DNA from: a virus | Lineage: Duplodnaviria; Caudoviricetes | Direction: 5' to 3' (one strand) | Length of the DNA stretch: 64,000 nt | Virus record (IMG/VR): IMGVR_UViG_3300028886_000045 | The notes under the pieces: model-generated | Database searches by the model: none | Told to the model about the DNA's origin: nothing | What the model saw: the letters and a program-made list of their open reading frames with translations, nothing else | Position numbers and translations under genes: made by a program | In this document: positions 22,425-34,217 of the stretch, piece after piece | Layout: each line of letters opens with the position of its first letter | How positions within the stretch are numbered: the stretch's first letter is position 1

Positions 22425-23612
22425 CATAAAAAAACGATGTAATCTTCACAGACTACACCGCTTTCCTTTAATTATATACCACGCTTTTCTCCGCTGAGAA
22501 AAGTAAATTAAAGAACCTATGATTAATTACTATTATATAACTACCTTTTCTTGGTTGCAAAGGTACTGCTTTTTTCTGACACATACAAACTTTCTGCCAA
22601 CTTTTTTTTGATAAAAAAAATTAGGCACTATCCTCTCGGATAATACCTAATCAATTCGACTCCAAATTACGTCTGAAAAAAGAAATATCTTATATTAACT
22701 AAAAACAGTATCTTTCAAAAAGTAAGGGGTATTTATCACAAATACCCCAAACCGCCTAAAATCCTAAATCATGAGTAAAATTCAAATCCCATTGCAAAGA
22801 TACAAACATTTTTTGTATTATGCAAATTTTCTGACAACTTTTTTTCAAAGCGTTTCCAACCGCTTGCAAAAAAAACGATAATCTCTACACGCCCCTTCCG
22901 CGCATACCCTCCCTACCTTTTTTCCGCAACGTGTCAAACAGAATGCATCCTTTGCCCTAAATATCATTTCCTCTATACAATCGCTGAATGTAGGTATGCG
23001 GTTGTTCCTTTCGGTAAACTTTGTGACATACGAGATTTCCCTTTCGGCTTGCTCATCCGTCAAGGCATCACACGCTTTCAGTCGGTTGGCTTCCATTTCT
23101 TCACCACGGAACTTATAGCCATCCTCGTACCCCTTGCGATAAATCTTTTCCTCGCTGTCCTTTCTTTTCAATTCTTCCATATTCTTTCAGATTAAAAATA
23201 TGCGCAACCGCAAAGTGTCACGCATACTAAAATAACATAAAATGACAAAATAGAATAACTTTGGTACAAAGGTACGTTTTTTTTCTGATTTATGCAAATT
23301 TTCTACCAACTTTTTGACACAAAAAAAAAGATGTACATTCTCACGAATATACATCCCTATCGCCTAAATTAATTTTTTAGTGTCATCAAAAAAATTCTAA
23401 AACCTAAATATAAAATTATCTCTATGTCACTTGCAAAGGTACGCTTTTTTATCCTACTATGCAAATTTTTTACCAACTTTCTTTTGTCTGCTACCAACTT
23501 TTACGGATTTTGCTATCTACACATTACAAAAAAAGGTATCTACGCTCACGCGCAAATACCTCCCATTCAATAATTAATGTAACTGTGTAAATCAAAAAAT
23601 CAAAACAAAAGT
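22425..23612 (-). ncRNA. Cluster of putative small RNAs (promoter, U-rich body, GUGA/GAGA-loop hairpin)
   Basis: Four promoters (22558, 22795, 23267, 23434) and five terminator-like hairpins with only one ORF in 1.2 kb. Confidence 0.55.
22845..23180 (-). CDS. Hypothetical protein, paralog of 32711..33169
   Basis: Shared NRL..C...RE......F.E..N..PTFSD.IE. Confidence 0.75.
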   Translation of the reverse strand: MEELKRKDSEEKIYRKGYEDGYKFRGEEMEANRLKACDALTDEQAEREISYVTKFTERNNRIPTFSDCIEEMIFRAKDAFCLTRCGKKVGRVCAEGACRDYRFFCKRLETL

Positions 23613-24558
23613 ATTATTCGGTATCATATATCCGCTCCCCTAACTTGGTTATTGCCATTTTAGCCACGGAATTATATTTGTCAAACAAACTTAGCGAATC
23701 CACACTACCATTTACAACCCATTCGCCTACGGAGATTAACAACGCCACGCACGCCACAATCACCTTAACCTCTAAATATACCATATATGCGATACAATAG
23801 TAAAGCACAAACAATATTCTTCTTATTATGCCGTTTATTCTTTTCATTCTTCTTATCCTTTCTGTACATCGCAACTATCCCTATCCTTGTAATAGCCACA
23901 CGCCTTATCTGTCACCTTTATAGTCTTAAATCCGCTATTGCTTCTTTTGCTTGGTAGCAACTCGCAACATTGCACGACCTTTGGACTGAACTCATTCAAT
24001 GCGAACCTTGCACGATACAAGCAAGTGCGACAATATTTCTGCTCCCCATTCTTCTGCTGTGGAACATCATCGAACAAAGACAACTCCTTACACATACACT
24101 ACACCCCCTTTTCTTCTTTTAAGGCTTTTGCGACTTCACCACCACGGAAACGCGATTTGTTCTCGCTTATCCATTCGCAGAACTTTTCACTCATATCTGA
24201 CGCGCCCTTTTCGTAAGCCTCCTTTATCATACTATAAATAGTGTCGGAACGATATGGTAACGCCTTCATCATATCGTCTGCATACTTTGTTGCCATTTCA
24301 CTTATTCGTGCCATACTTCTTTGCCCTTTTTATCCCTTTTCGCTTACGTTCTTTTCCATAACCGCTAAAATTCAACCGTAACTTTCACTTTCTTTATTTC
24401 TACCTTTTCCCCCTCGCTTACCATTCTGGCTATACGCATAGCCAAACTTCTAAACTTAAAGAACTTTGCGTATTCCAAATCTTCTGAGAATGCAAAATGT
24501 GGTGTATAAAACATTCCATCAGAACGCTCTATAATCCACCGCGTCAATTCCTTTTTTG

Positions 24559-25017
24559 TCATTTTCCTAACTCTGATAAAGTTTTTGTTACATTGCTTTC
24601 CGTTGAAATCGCGAGACCCTTATCAATCAATCGCATAAAGTCAAAATGCTTTCGCAAAAGCCAATCCAATCCACCCATTATATGCGATATGTCACCGATT
24701 GCATCCCACGGCTCATTATCTTCAAGCACATCAATTCGCCACCCTAACGCTTCAAACTCTCTTCTTTCCGCAAGGGTCATAGAAGACATAGGTCTTAAAA
24801 ATGGTCTGATATGTTCAACACCTACTTGATGGCAAAAGCCGAAAGAAAAAGAATTTGCCCTACCACTTCCGCATTCACCATTTATAAAGAAACGAGTAAG
24901 TTTTGCAGTAGTACCACGACCGACCATGACAGTAAGGTCATACGTTGAAGCCATTGTAAGGAAACGCAAAAGCAAATTCTTTTCTTCTTCTGTTATGTTC
25001 AATCTCTTTATTTTCAT
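24559..25017 (-). CDS. Phage hypothetical protein, family A
   Basis: RPFLRPMSSMT...DWLLRKHFDFMRLIDKGLA. Confidence 0.8.
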   Translation of the reverse strand: MKIKRLNITEEEKNLLLRFLTMASTYDLTVMVGRGTTAKLTRFFINGECGSGRANSFSFGFCHQVGVEHIRPFLRPMSSMTLAERREFEALGWRIDVLEDNEPWDAIGDISHIMGGLDWLLRKHFDFMRLIDKGLAISTESNVTKTLSELGK

Positions 25018-25448
25018 TCTACCTTGAAATTATCTGCCACTTCATCCTCACCGCACAACCTCAAAGCGTGTTGCAGTTCGTGAACGTAGGTTATTTCTAC
25101 ACCGCCCAACACCAAGAAAGGCGCACAGAATCCAAATATCTTTAGTTTATGGTTACATTCCCTAAACCAATCATACGTTGTCCCATCGAACAAATATCCG
25201 TTTGCGACCAATATTTCAAATGTAAGCCTTATCGGAATACAAGTATTAAAAGGTCTTGACGCAATCCCCTTTGTTCGTGGTAACGTAACCTCCACCGTAA
25301 TATCGTTAGGATTCTCGTAAGGGTCAAACACGCTTATTGATGTTACCCTCGCTGGGTACAAATCCTTTTCTTTTGGGTTGTCATTTGGGAATGAATACAC
25401 ATTTACCCAATCCCCCAACATTAACGACTTTATTTCTTGCATTTCCAT
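25014..25448 (-). CDS. Phage hypothetical protein, family B
   Basis: PIRLT..IL..NG...YVHELQHALRLCG. Confidence 0.8.
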   Translation of the reverse strand: MEMQEIKSLMLGDWVNVYSFPNDNPKEKDLYPARVTSISVFDPYENPNDITVEVTLPRTKGIASRPFNTCIPIRLTFEILVANGYLFDGTTYDWFRECNHKLKIFGFCAPFLVLGGVEITYVHELQHALRLCGEDEVADNFKVE

Positions 25449-25700
25449 TTCCGCTATCTGTTATAGTTCGTATGCTTATGCAACCCCATAGACTTTACCT
25501 TGCTTTGAATACGTTTCTGCAAATGGCTTTCACCCTCTATCGTAAGTGACCCACCTAATTGCTTTTCCACGAAACCCATTATCTCCCTATTTGTAAACCC
25601 CCTTGCATTGGGATTACATCTTACAAAGTTCATGGTTTCCACTACAACCTTTTCAAATTCATCTCTTGACATATTGTTTCTGTATTATTTTAGGTATCTG

Positions 25701-25946
25701 TTATTCTTTTATTTCGGACATTGAAAAATTTAACGACCACAACTTGCAATTAGGGTCAAAGTAGCCATGCTTATAGCATACTATTTCACCGATTTGTCTA
25801 TGCACCGCGAAAAAGTAATCATTGTCATAGACATAACCGCTAAGAGTGCGTACCGCTAAAAGCCTACGAATGTTTTCCTTCTTGTTTTCCAAGAAAGTTT
25901 TCAAGTCGTGTGGGTACTTGTATTTCTTACTTTCTGAAACTTTCAT
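25701..25946 (-). CDS. Hypothetical protein, intact paralog of the TnpB-interrupted gene
   Basis: FLENKKENIRRLL...DNDY. Confidence 0.65.
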   Translation of the reverse strand: MKVSESKKYKYPHDLKTFLENKKENIRRLLAVRTLSGYVYDNDYFFAVHRQIGEIVCYKHGYFDPNCKLWSLNFSMSEIKE

Positions 25947-26967
25947 ACATTCTTTTTCTTTGTCTTTCAAACATTTCTTTATGATACTTTTCTGCCATTT
26001 CCGCGCGATGTTCAACCGACCAACTGAGCGCATAATCAAATCCCGCCAAATACGCGCGTTCTATCTGCTCCATGACTGCATCATCGTCTTTCAGTTTGAA
26101 CACGCGCTTTCCGTATATACGCCCACGCTTCTTTATTTCCTTTCGATTATACGTTTTCATTTTCATTCTTTAGGGAAATTCTAATATCCAAATTCTTATA
26201 CAAAAGTTCTTCGTTTATAAGGTTGTAAGCGACCTTTTGCCTTATTTCACTTTGCATAATCTTTTGCAGACTACTTGAATATGTGCCGTGAATGATTTCA
26301 CCCACTTGTCTCTTGACCTCCTCGGCAATCATATCCCTTATCATTTCCTTGGAAACTCCCACATCATTAATGATAAAGTTCTTAACCGCCTTAAAGTTGG
26401 TCTTTCCGTCAATCAGCAACACAACCTCAATCGGTTCTTCATTATCCCACTTTGGGGTAATGTTAGGTGACAAATGGAACTGCTCGACATTATCAAGCCT
26501 TATCATGCACCTATTGGCATCATCATAAGTCCAAATGCCGTTTTCCTTATCCTTGTATGGTTTGTTTAGTGACAACCAAACCGAACCATCCTTATCTTCG
26601 CAAAGCCATGCTTTCATAATTTAACCTCCTTTAATTAATTTATCTTTCTACTATTGCCCTTCTCTTGACTTCATTGTTTGGGTTCTTTAAGTATGTTTAT
26701 GAATTTTCTGAGACGAGGGCAGATATTACCCTTGCAACGATATTTCCGCTTTTGGCAATCCAAAGCAAAGCACTCATATACTTCTTTTGTGCCATCATGC
26801 TTTTTCAGCACAGAATTATTCGGACACGACCACCGATAAGCCTCAATAGCCCTTTCTATATCCTCTTTTGTCATAGCACATACTTTTGTTTTTATTGTTA
26901 CATTCTTAATTACGTTGCAAAAGTACAAAAATTATTTGAATTATGCAAATTTTTTACCAACTTTTTT

Positions 26968-27228
26968 CTATTTGTCGGTAATTTTTAACAAAGGAGGGTC
27001 ATTTGGTCTTTTGTTCCAATTATAGATAGCAATACCCTCCAACCATTCAAGCGTATAACCATGCTTGTTTATTATGGCATCCGTCCTTTGCACCCTACAC
27101 CTCGGACACTTCACGACTATCTTCTGCGACTTGGTGTATTCGTTCCCTATCCTATGCCATTGGGGAGTCGCACCACAGAAAGGACACGGCTTTAACCTTT
27201 CGTCTGTTGAATCATAATTTTGTACCAT
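26968..27228 (-). CDS. Lar-like restriction-alleviation zinc-ribbon protein
   Basis: LKPCPFCG...CPRC...AIYNWNKR. Confidence 0.75.
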   Translation of the reverse strand: MVQNYDSTDERLKPCPFCGATPQWHRIGNEYTKSQKIVVKCPRCRVQRTDAIINKHGYTLEWLEGIAIYNWNKRPNDPPLLKITDK

Positions 27229-27277
27229 ATCTTTTAATCTTGTAAATCGCGTAATGTGTAACTAATGCGCCACAGTA

Positions 27278-28609
27278 TATTAAAATTTGAACAAACTTAT
27301 CTGTTCGTTATTAACTTCTTGCTTCAACCTACCACTACTTTTTAGGTGGTAAAACCACGTTCATCCATAGTCGGATAGTCCGCAAGCGTAAATTTGGGTG
27401 TACTGCACCCTATTATTCTTAAACCCTCGTCAAGTATATTCAATGCTGCATTGTAGTCCCTTTCAACCACTTCACCACATTGGGAACAAACCCATCGTCT
27501 GTCATTTAATGTGAGGCTTTTGTTGATGTAGCCACAATTATGACACGTTTTACTTGATGGGTAAAACCTATCAACAAACACTATCTTTCGGTTATACCAC
27601 CGTGCCTTGTATTCAAGCATCCTACGAAACTCGCCAAAATTCATTTCACAGATACTTTCAGCAAGGTTGTGGTTTTTAACCATTCCTTTCACGTTCAAGT
27701 CTTCCATACATATGACTTGGTTTTCGTCAATGAGTGAATTACTTACTGCGTGGAGATAGTATTGCTTCCTATCGTTTATCTTCTTATATGTTTTTGCAAG
27801 CCTTATCCTTGCCTTGTTTCTGTTGTTACTTCCTTTTCGTTTCCTTGCCAACTGACATTGTAGCCTCTTAATCTTCTTTGTCTCAGGCTTCTTAAAATGA
27901 AGATTTTTGAATACTTCTCCGTCACTTGTTATCACAAAGTCCTTAATACCTAAATCTATGCCAACGGCAGACTTTGTTTCTTTTACCTTATGCGTCAAAT
28001 CACCGTCAACCAATATTGACAAATAATATTCGCCACATGGTAGTCTTGTTAATGTTGCTTGCTTTATATTGTCGTGATGTTTCTGCAAATACTGAGCATA
28101 TTTCTCATTACATCTGAACTTGACATTTCTTATATTAGCAAGTGAAAGATGATATGTTGTATAGTCGTTACGTTTGGATATTGCACCAAGTTCAAATCTG
28201 CAACTTTGCTTGTTGTCGTGCTTTGACTTGAATTTAGGAAATCCATTATGCTTTTCAAAGAAATTATTGTATGCTGACAACATATCTTTCACGGCTTGTT
28301 TGAGAACCTTTGTATTCTGTTCTCTAAGCCAAATGAAATTATCATCCTTCAATAGTTCGTGATGTACAAACAGCCCAAGCGTAGAAAGGTTTTCCGATTT
28401 ACCGTCATTCTTGTATGATTCAATCTTTCTGTTAAGGCATTGGTTATAGACAACACGGTAGCAACCAAGCAACTTGCTTATCATTGTTGCTTGCTCCTTG
28501 TTTGGATATAATCGTATCTTTACCGCCCTTAACATTGCTTTTGACTTTTATTTCCCTTATTTTACTAAAATGTTCAATTTTGTTCAAATATTTATTTTGC
28601 TATTAAGTA
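27278..28609 (-). mobile_element. Non-autonomous tnpB-only IS element (IS200/IS605 or IS607 group), about 1.33 kb
   Basis: AGTA at both junctions (27274-27277, 28606-28609); TTTGAACAAA inverted near both ends; removal restores a 75-aa ORF. Confidence 0.8.
27342..28535 (-). CDS. tnpB: RNA-guided endonuclease TnpB
   Basis: N-terminal KIRLYPN; RuvC motifs GIDLG, MEDL, RDYNAA; zinc finger CHNC/CSQC. Confidence 0.95.
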   Translation of the reverse strand: MLRAVKIRLYPNKEQATMISKLLGCYRVVYNQCLNRKIESYKNDGKSENLSTLGLFVHHELLKDDNFIWLREQNTKVLKQAVKDMLSAYNNFFEKHNGFPKFKSKHDNKQSCRFELGAISKRNDYTTYHLSLANIRNVKFRCNEKYAQYLQKHHDNIKQATLTRLPCGEYYLSILVDGDLTHKVKETKSAVGIDLGIKDFVITSDGEVFKNLHFKKPETKKIKRLQCQLARKRKGSNNRNKARIRLAKTYKKINDRKQYYLHAVSNSLIDENQVICMEDLNVKGMVKNHNLAESICEMNFGEFRRMLEYKARWYNRKIVFVDRFYPSSKTCHNCGYINKSLTLNDRRWVCSQCGEVVERDYNAALNILDEGLRIIGCSTPKFTLADYPTMDERGFTT

Positions 28610-28771
28610 CACCCTTATTTGCCGATTCACTTTGTCTATTACCCACATATAATCATTATCAAACAGAAAGAATCTCCGTAAATAATACTTATCCTCTTTC
28701 AGTAATTTTAGAATGTTCTCTTTTTTATTCTTTAGGAATAATTCTTTATTCGGTTCAAATCTGTATTCCAT
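28610..28771 (-). pseudogene. 5' half of a small gene interrupted by the tnpB element (3' half at 27212-27277)
   Basis: MEYRFEPNKELFLKNKKENILKLL...RQIRVY joins in frame to CGALVTHYAIYKIKRYGTKL*; GGAGG upstream. Confidence 0.75.
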
Positions 28772-28805
28772 ATAAACCTCCCTACAAAACTTTGCAACAC
28801 AAAAA

Positions 28806-29246
28806 TCAAATCTTTGCTTTTTTTGGGGGTAATGGTGGTAACATTCTCCAATGTGTCACTTCGTATTTTTCCTCAACGGAAAAGCCTGCTATATTCCACT
28901 CTCCCCTTGCAAAATCATAAAACGCCCTTTGTTGGTTGCAACCATTTGTAACCAACACATGAACGCTGAAATCTTTACATTTGGGGTCTTCATCCCTCGG
29001 TGGCAATCCGTCCGAAATCTCATGCCACCCATTTTCATCCATTATGGCAATACTTTCCTTTAATGCACGGATATACGCATCTTTGTACCCTTTTTCGTAT
29101 TCAAGTTCACATACGCGCTTTATTATTTCCTTACATTCTTGCACGTTTTTCTTGATTACGTCTTCCACCTGTTTCTTAAACTCCGTTGGTATCATATCTA
29201 TTTCTGTTTTATCCGATACTTGTATGTGGTGTTTTCCCAATCCCAA
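28806..29246 (-). CDS. DUF551-domain protein
   Basis: WHEISDGLP...VLV...VTHWRMLPPLP. Confidence 0.75.
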   Translation of the reverse strand: MGLGKHHIQVSDKTEIDMIPTEFKKQVEDVIKKNVQECKEIIKRVCELEYEKGYKDAYIRALKESIAIMDENGWHEISDGLPPRDEDPKCKDFSVHVLVTNGCNQQRAFYDFARGEWNIAGFSVEEKYEVTHWRMLPPLPPKKAKI

Positions 29247-29501
29247 TTTGGCTCATCCACACCCACATACCTCATCGTACTAAAATTTACAAGTTCTTCT
29301 ATTTCCGCGCCATTGACATACGCTTGCATTACCTCAATGACTTTCCGCGTTTCGTTCTTTGTCATTTCTTGCTTTCCTCATACCATTACAAACGCCAAGG
29401 ATTACAGCCAAAGCGAACATAAGAGCACCGCCCCAACCAAAGACAAATAACAATATCCCCAAAACCAAGGCGAAACACACACTTAACTTTAACATAGCAC
29501 A

Positions 29502-29885
29502 CTAATTTATTTTTACGATTTCCCTTCGTGTCTTTTCGCGTTCAAACTTCCAACAAACCATTTCGTAAAGCGCATCAAAAAGGCATTCCGTTGAAGACGT
29601 TACTTTCTTTTTTCCATCCCAACAATTCATATAAGATACCTCATGATAGTCACAATGACTTTCCACGGAAACATAGTCCTCATCGCGTTTGTCTGTTGTC
29701 GGTAGCAACGCCATTAATGCAGATTCACTCCAACAAGGGATTGCGCCTTTTTCCAAAACCTTTCCATCCCACACCCAAGGAATGTTATTGTCAAAGACGG
29801 TGTATCGCATATCTGCCGTACTGACATCTACCCCTAATCTGATAAGGTTTTCACTTTGTTGTTCTGTTGTGTATCTTCTTTTCAT
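29502..29885 (-). CDS. Phage hypothetical protein, family D (paralog of 36041..36403)
   Basis: YTT..QS..L...ADM...WS.SAL...DA.YEM. Confidence 0.75.
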   Translation of the reverse strand: MKRRYTTEQQSENLIRLGVDVSTADMRYTVFDNNIPWVWDGKVLEKGAIPCWSESALMALLPTTDKRDEDYVSVESHCDYHEVSYMNCWDGKKKVTSSTECLFDALYEMVCWKFEREKTRREIVKIN

Positions 29886-29887
29886 AA

Positions 29888-30346
29888 CTATTCCGTTTTG
29901 AAATTATCTGCCAATTCATCCCATCCGTTCAAACGCAAAGCGTGTTTCAGTTCGTAAACACTTTCTATATCGCAGTTGTGCATATAGTTGCAACCGTCCC
30001 TATGCTTACACCTTTTTTCAATATCTGTTACTATCCTTGACCCTTTGCCTACAAAGAAAGTCAAACGTACACACCCATCACGCCTTCCGTCTTTGTCACA
30101 GAAATAGCACTCATACTGTTCGCATATTTCCGTAGTCACCGAAACCTTGAAACCATTTAACAAAAGGATTTTTGGGGAAATCGGTATTGTCTTTTCCGCG
30201 CAACTTTGCTCCTTTGCGCCACGGATATACATTTGTACTGCAATATCCATTACATAAGGGGGTATATGGTCATTCGGAATGCCCACCGCGCTACATTCAT
30301 TCACCACACTTGTATATTCTGCTATCGCCTTTTTCTCAATGTTCAT
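29888..30346 (-). CDS. Phage hypothetical protein, family B
   Basis: IPISPKILLLNGF...VYELKHALRLNG...ADNFK. Confidence 0.75.
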   Translation of the reverse strand: MNIEKKAIAEYTSVVNECSAVGIPNDHIPPYVMDIAVQMYIRGAKEQSCAEKTIPISPKILLLNGFKVSVTTEICEQYECYFCDKDGRRDGCVRLTFFVGKGSRIVTDIEKRCKHRDGCNYMHNCDIESVYELKHALRLNGWDELADNFKTE

Positions 30347-31918
30347 ACTTTCTAACCTTTTAATTGTTTTACAAAATCATCAAGCCTTAAACTTCCATTG
30401 CCTTTGTTTCCTTTAGGGGGATTTCCGTGTGTGAAACTGCTTATCCCATCCGTATCTATCTTTATACGCCTCCTCATATTGCAATAACTGAATATGCCTA
30501 TCCTTTGGAATTGTCACGCTTTCTTCATCACGAACAAAATAATCCACTCGGTTCTTCTCCCCTATCAATTTACAAAGAAAGTTGTTACCGCACTCTTTAT
30601 ACAAAGAACAATTTCCGCAAGTGCCACTCTGCTTATTGTCCCTTATCAGCCTATGCCGTACCCCATCTATTTCTATTACTACATTTTGCATAATGAAAGT
30701 TCTTCTTTAATTAATGCCCACCTTATTTGCGCCCTCCAACTCATATCTATGTCCTTTGTGCTCAGAATCCTATCCCTTAACGGCTTTAGCAAATCTATTT
30801 CCGTTATTAGAAATCCGTTTGCAAACATATCAATCGTTTGGCTATCCCAAACCTCGGCTTTCGCGAACACTTCAACCGCTTCTTTGTATTTCCCATTATT
30901 GAGAAACTTACACATTTCAACCTTACTTTCCCATTCCATAGTTTTGTGTGTTTACATTGTTCTCGTTAATATACTTTTCCGCGTTCTTTTCCGCGATTTT
31001 CCTTGCTTTCTCACATTCTGCCTTTGTACCATAGAAGGGAGGTATGAATGGAAGAGTAGGAATCCAAACCATCCAACGATTCACTTGCAAAGGATGTGGC
31101 TTGATAATAGTGTACTTATAAAACCTACCCATTCCAATGTGTCGTTATGTAATTCTTTCTCCTTTCCATTTCGTTAAAATGGACTTCACATCTGTTTGTC
31201 CTTTCGTATTCTTCTAAAAGTTCAAACACCCTATCTAACGCCTTGTTTGAGGGTAGGTCATGGTGGTTATTCTGCTTTTGAAACTCAATCATTGCTTCGT
31301 TTCTGCCCTTTAACAAACCCATTCTATACCCTTCAATATACAAATCCCTTTTTGCCATACTACTATTTCAAAAATCCCACAAACACGCCATACCACATAG
31401 CACGGTCTTCTGATTCATCCAACGTGATACGACCGCTTTCATGCAAATAGTCAATAAACTCGTCAAAGGCATTTTTTGCCTTTTCCATGTCAATCTGCTT
31501 TTGGTCTATCGCGCCTTGGTAATATCCCTCGGCAAATCTTTCGCATTCAGTAGCACTAACGCCTTTCTGTCCGTACTCCTTCCGCTTTTCCGTTGTCCTT
31601 AACTTGATACTTTCCATACGCTATTTCTTTTCTGTTTTATGCTTACATTTCAGAACGCCCATTTTTGCCATGCATCTTAGGCATATTGAAATTTCCATTT
31701 GTGGGTCTAACATCTGCCCATAGTAACGGCAATAGTTCATTTCTTTTCGTTGGATAATGTCATTCTTGTCGCACTCCAATCAATTCCGTCATAACCGATT
31801 GTACCGCCACACAACTCCATCGTATCGTTATCCGTTGTTATCACAACCGCTTTTCTGACATACTTACGGTTACAGCCACACAACAGACTTGCACACAATA
31901 ATAAAAATACTACCTTTT

Positions 31919-32347
31919 TCATTTGCTTTCAAATTTATTTCCTACAATTTCGATTTCCACCCTTTGCCCATCTATGGTTGCATTCATAAAATCCCCTATA
32001 CTTAGGCAATCTACATTCTGCAAATCTTTCTTTCCGAAAGACTCGTCAATACAGAAATACCCATTAGGATGCCACCTTACCTCGCCAAACGCCTTTTCGT
32101 GAAACTGCGTCTTTACAATATCACCCCCATAGATTTCTTTGCCGTTCTTATCGCGCAACCCTACATACATACCGACCGTTTCCCATTCCACCCACAAAGG
32201 AAAATCACTCGTCTGTCTTATATGGTGTCCGTCCCTTTCCATATCGGACTCGCTTACGATATAGTAGCCATCATCCAAATGCACCAACGCCCCATAAAGC
32301 CATTGGCTCAAAGTTTTGCTATATCCCCTAAACTTGTACTCTTTCAT
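31919..32347 (-). CDS. YopX-family protein
   Basis: YKFRG...WLYGAL...TVGMYVGLRDKNGKEIYGGDIV...EIVGNKFE. Confidence 0.85.
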   Translation of the reverse strand: MKEYKFRGYSKTLSQWLYGALVHLDDGYYIVSESDMERDGHHIRQTSDFPLWVEWETVGMYVGLRDKNGKEIYGGDIVKTQFHEKAFGEVRWHPNGYFCIDESFGKKDLQNVDCLSIGDFMNATIDGQRVEIEIVGNKFESK

Positions 32348-34217
32348 TCTGTTTCCGTTTCATTGCTTCCATAAAGGAATCTATTATCTGTTTCCGTATC
32401 TCCTTATCCAATTCCACCTCGTTAGGGTAGGTTAGATAATCCTTCCACCAAGCGCAAGCATCGTTTATTGCGTCTGTGTACCCTTTTTTATACGCCTTCA
32501 TGCTTTTGCGTTTTTGAAAGTTCTACCACCAAAGCATCTGCATACGTTACCGCCATTTTAGCAACTGCTTGCATTACGGTGGTTTCAGCCTCTATCTTTC
32601 CACCTCGTATTAATGCTTCTTTAACTACTTCTAAGCATTTAGGCAACATTATAATAGATGCCCTTTTTCTTATTTCACTATCTGTCATAATAATATTTCT
32701 ATTTATTTTTTTAATCGGTTTCCATTTCCCTTCGTATCAGTTGCAACTCGTTACACTCGTTGTACTTGAAATCATTCTTGATTTGCCCCTTATGGTCATG
32801 TTTATGGTAACACATACCACACATACCCCTTTCACACATCAAGTCGCAATAAGTCTTGCAAGCCTTCTCTATCATCTGCATTCGCGTGGTTTCAATAGCA
32901 TCTGAAAAAGTCGGTTGGCAGTTATGCTCCTCAATGAAATCATACACAAAGTGCATTTCTCGCGCCAATTCTTCACCACTTGCCTTTTCACACCTTGCAA
33001 GTCTGTTGTTTTCCAACTCTTCTACCATGCGTTCACAGCCTTTCAAAAAGAACTTTTCCGCACATTTTACAAGTGCCCAACCTTGCTCATCCAAGTCCTT
33101 TTCCCTATATTGCAGAATGCCCTTGACTATATCGACTATATTGTTTTTTATATTTTCTAATTTTGCCATATTGCCAAACCTTTAAGAATTACTAATCCAA
33201 CTTTTTTACGATATTAAAGCGTGGGGCTTTCTGCCAACAGCAAGTACCATCATCCATATAAGGCACTTCAATACAAGAAATCCCTTGTTCTACCAAAAGT
33301 TTATGTATGAACGGTATTCTATTTTCTACATAAACCGCCAATTTCCCACCCTTGGTTTTGTATCTATCGCCAAACTTTGCGTCCTTGAACATTTTCTCCA
33401 TACTACTTTTCTGTTTCAAAGTGTTTATTCTCGTCTGAAAATATGATTGAACAAAGTGCATCCGATGTTTGATAGCATACGACTTTCAACGAACACGGTT
33501 TGCATCCTTCCTTTTTCTTCGTGTCTGCTACCAAAACGTGCTTTACACCTTTTATTGTTATAGAATTTTCCATATTCTGTTTCGTTTTTAAGCATCATGC
33601 AAATCCAAAAACAAAGAATTTAATGTAGTATCGAGTGAAACACGATAATCCCTACATGGTGTTTCCTTACCGAAAATGCGTGCAGTAAAATAAATATTGT
33701 AATTACAAAAATACAATTCAAAAGAACCACGCTCACCATTCGCGGTAACAAAACCCGAACGATAAGAACTTTTGCGTGACAATCTGCCATTCTTTACCAA
33801 GTCCTTAATCTGTACGTTATATCTTTCTTTTGCCATTTTGTTTGTTGTTTTGATTTTACTTTTGTTACTTAATTACGTTGCAAAGATACAAAGAAATATT
33901 GACTTTTGCAAATTTTTTACCAATTATTTTATGTCTGATACAAACTTTTACCAATTTTGCAATCCCTACTTAGCAAACGCACATACTAAAAACCCTCCAC
34001 CCTTTCGGATGGAGGGAAAAAACAATTATAAAACAAAAAAAAGTACACCACTTTCTTATCTTATCCTTTCTTCATATCAAAACGCGCCTCTGCATATCCC
34101 CTACAATAAGCGGATTCAATAAGATTCTTTGTCTTTTCATCAACGCTATTGTATTGCGCTACTGTTTTGGCATATTCCCTTGCCTTTTCTTCTGTTGATT
34201 TCATGATTCTTTAATAT

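Noticed and set aside
27278-28609. IStron (group I intron-IS hybrid) that would splice out of the interrupted gene
   Set aside because: Only about 70 nt precede tnpB, too short for a group I ribozyme core.
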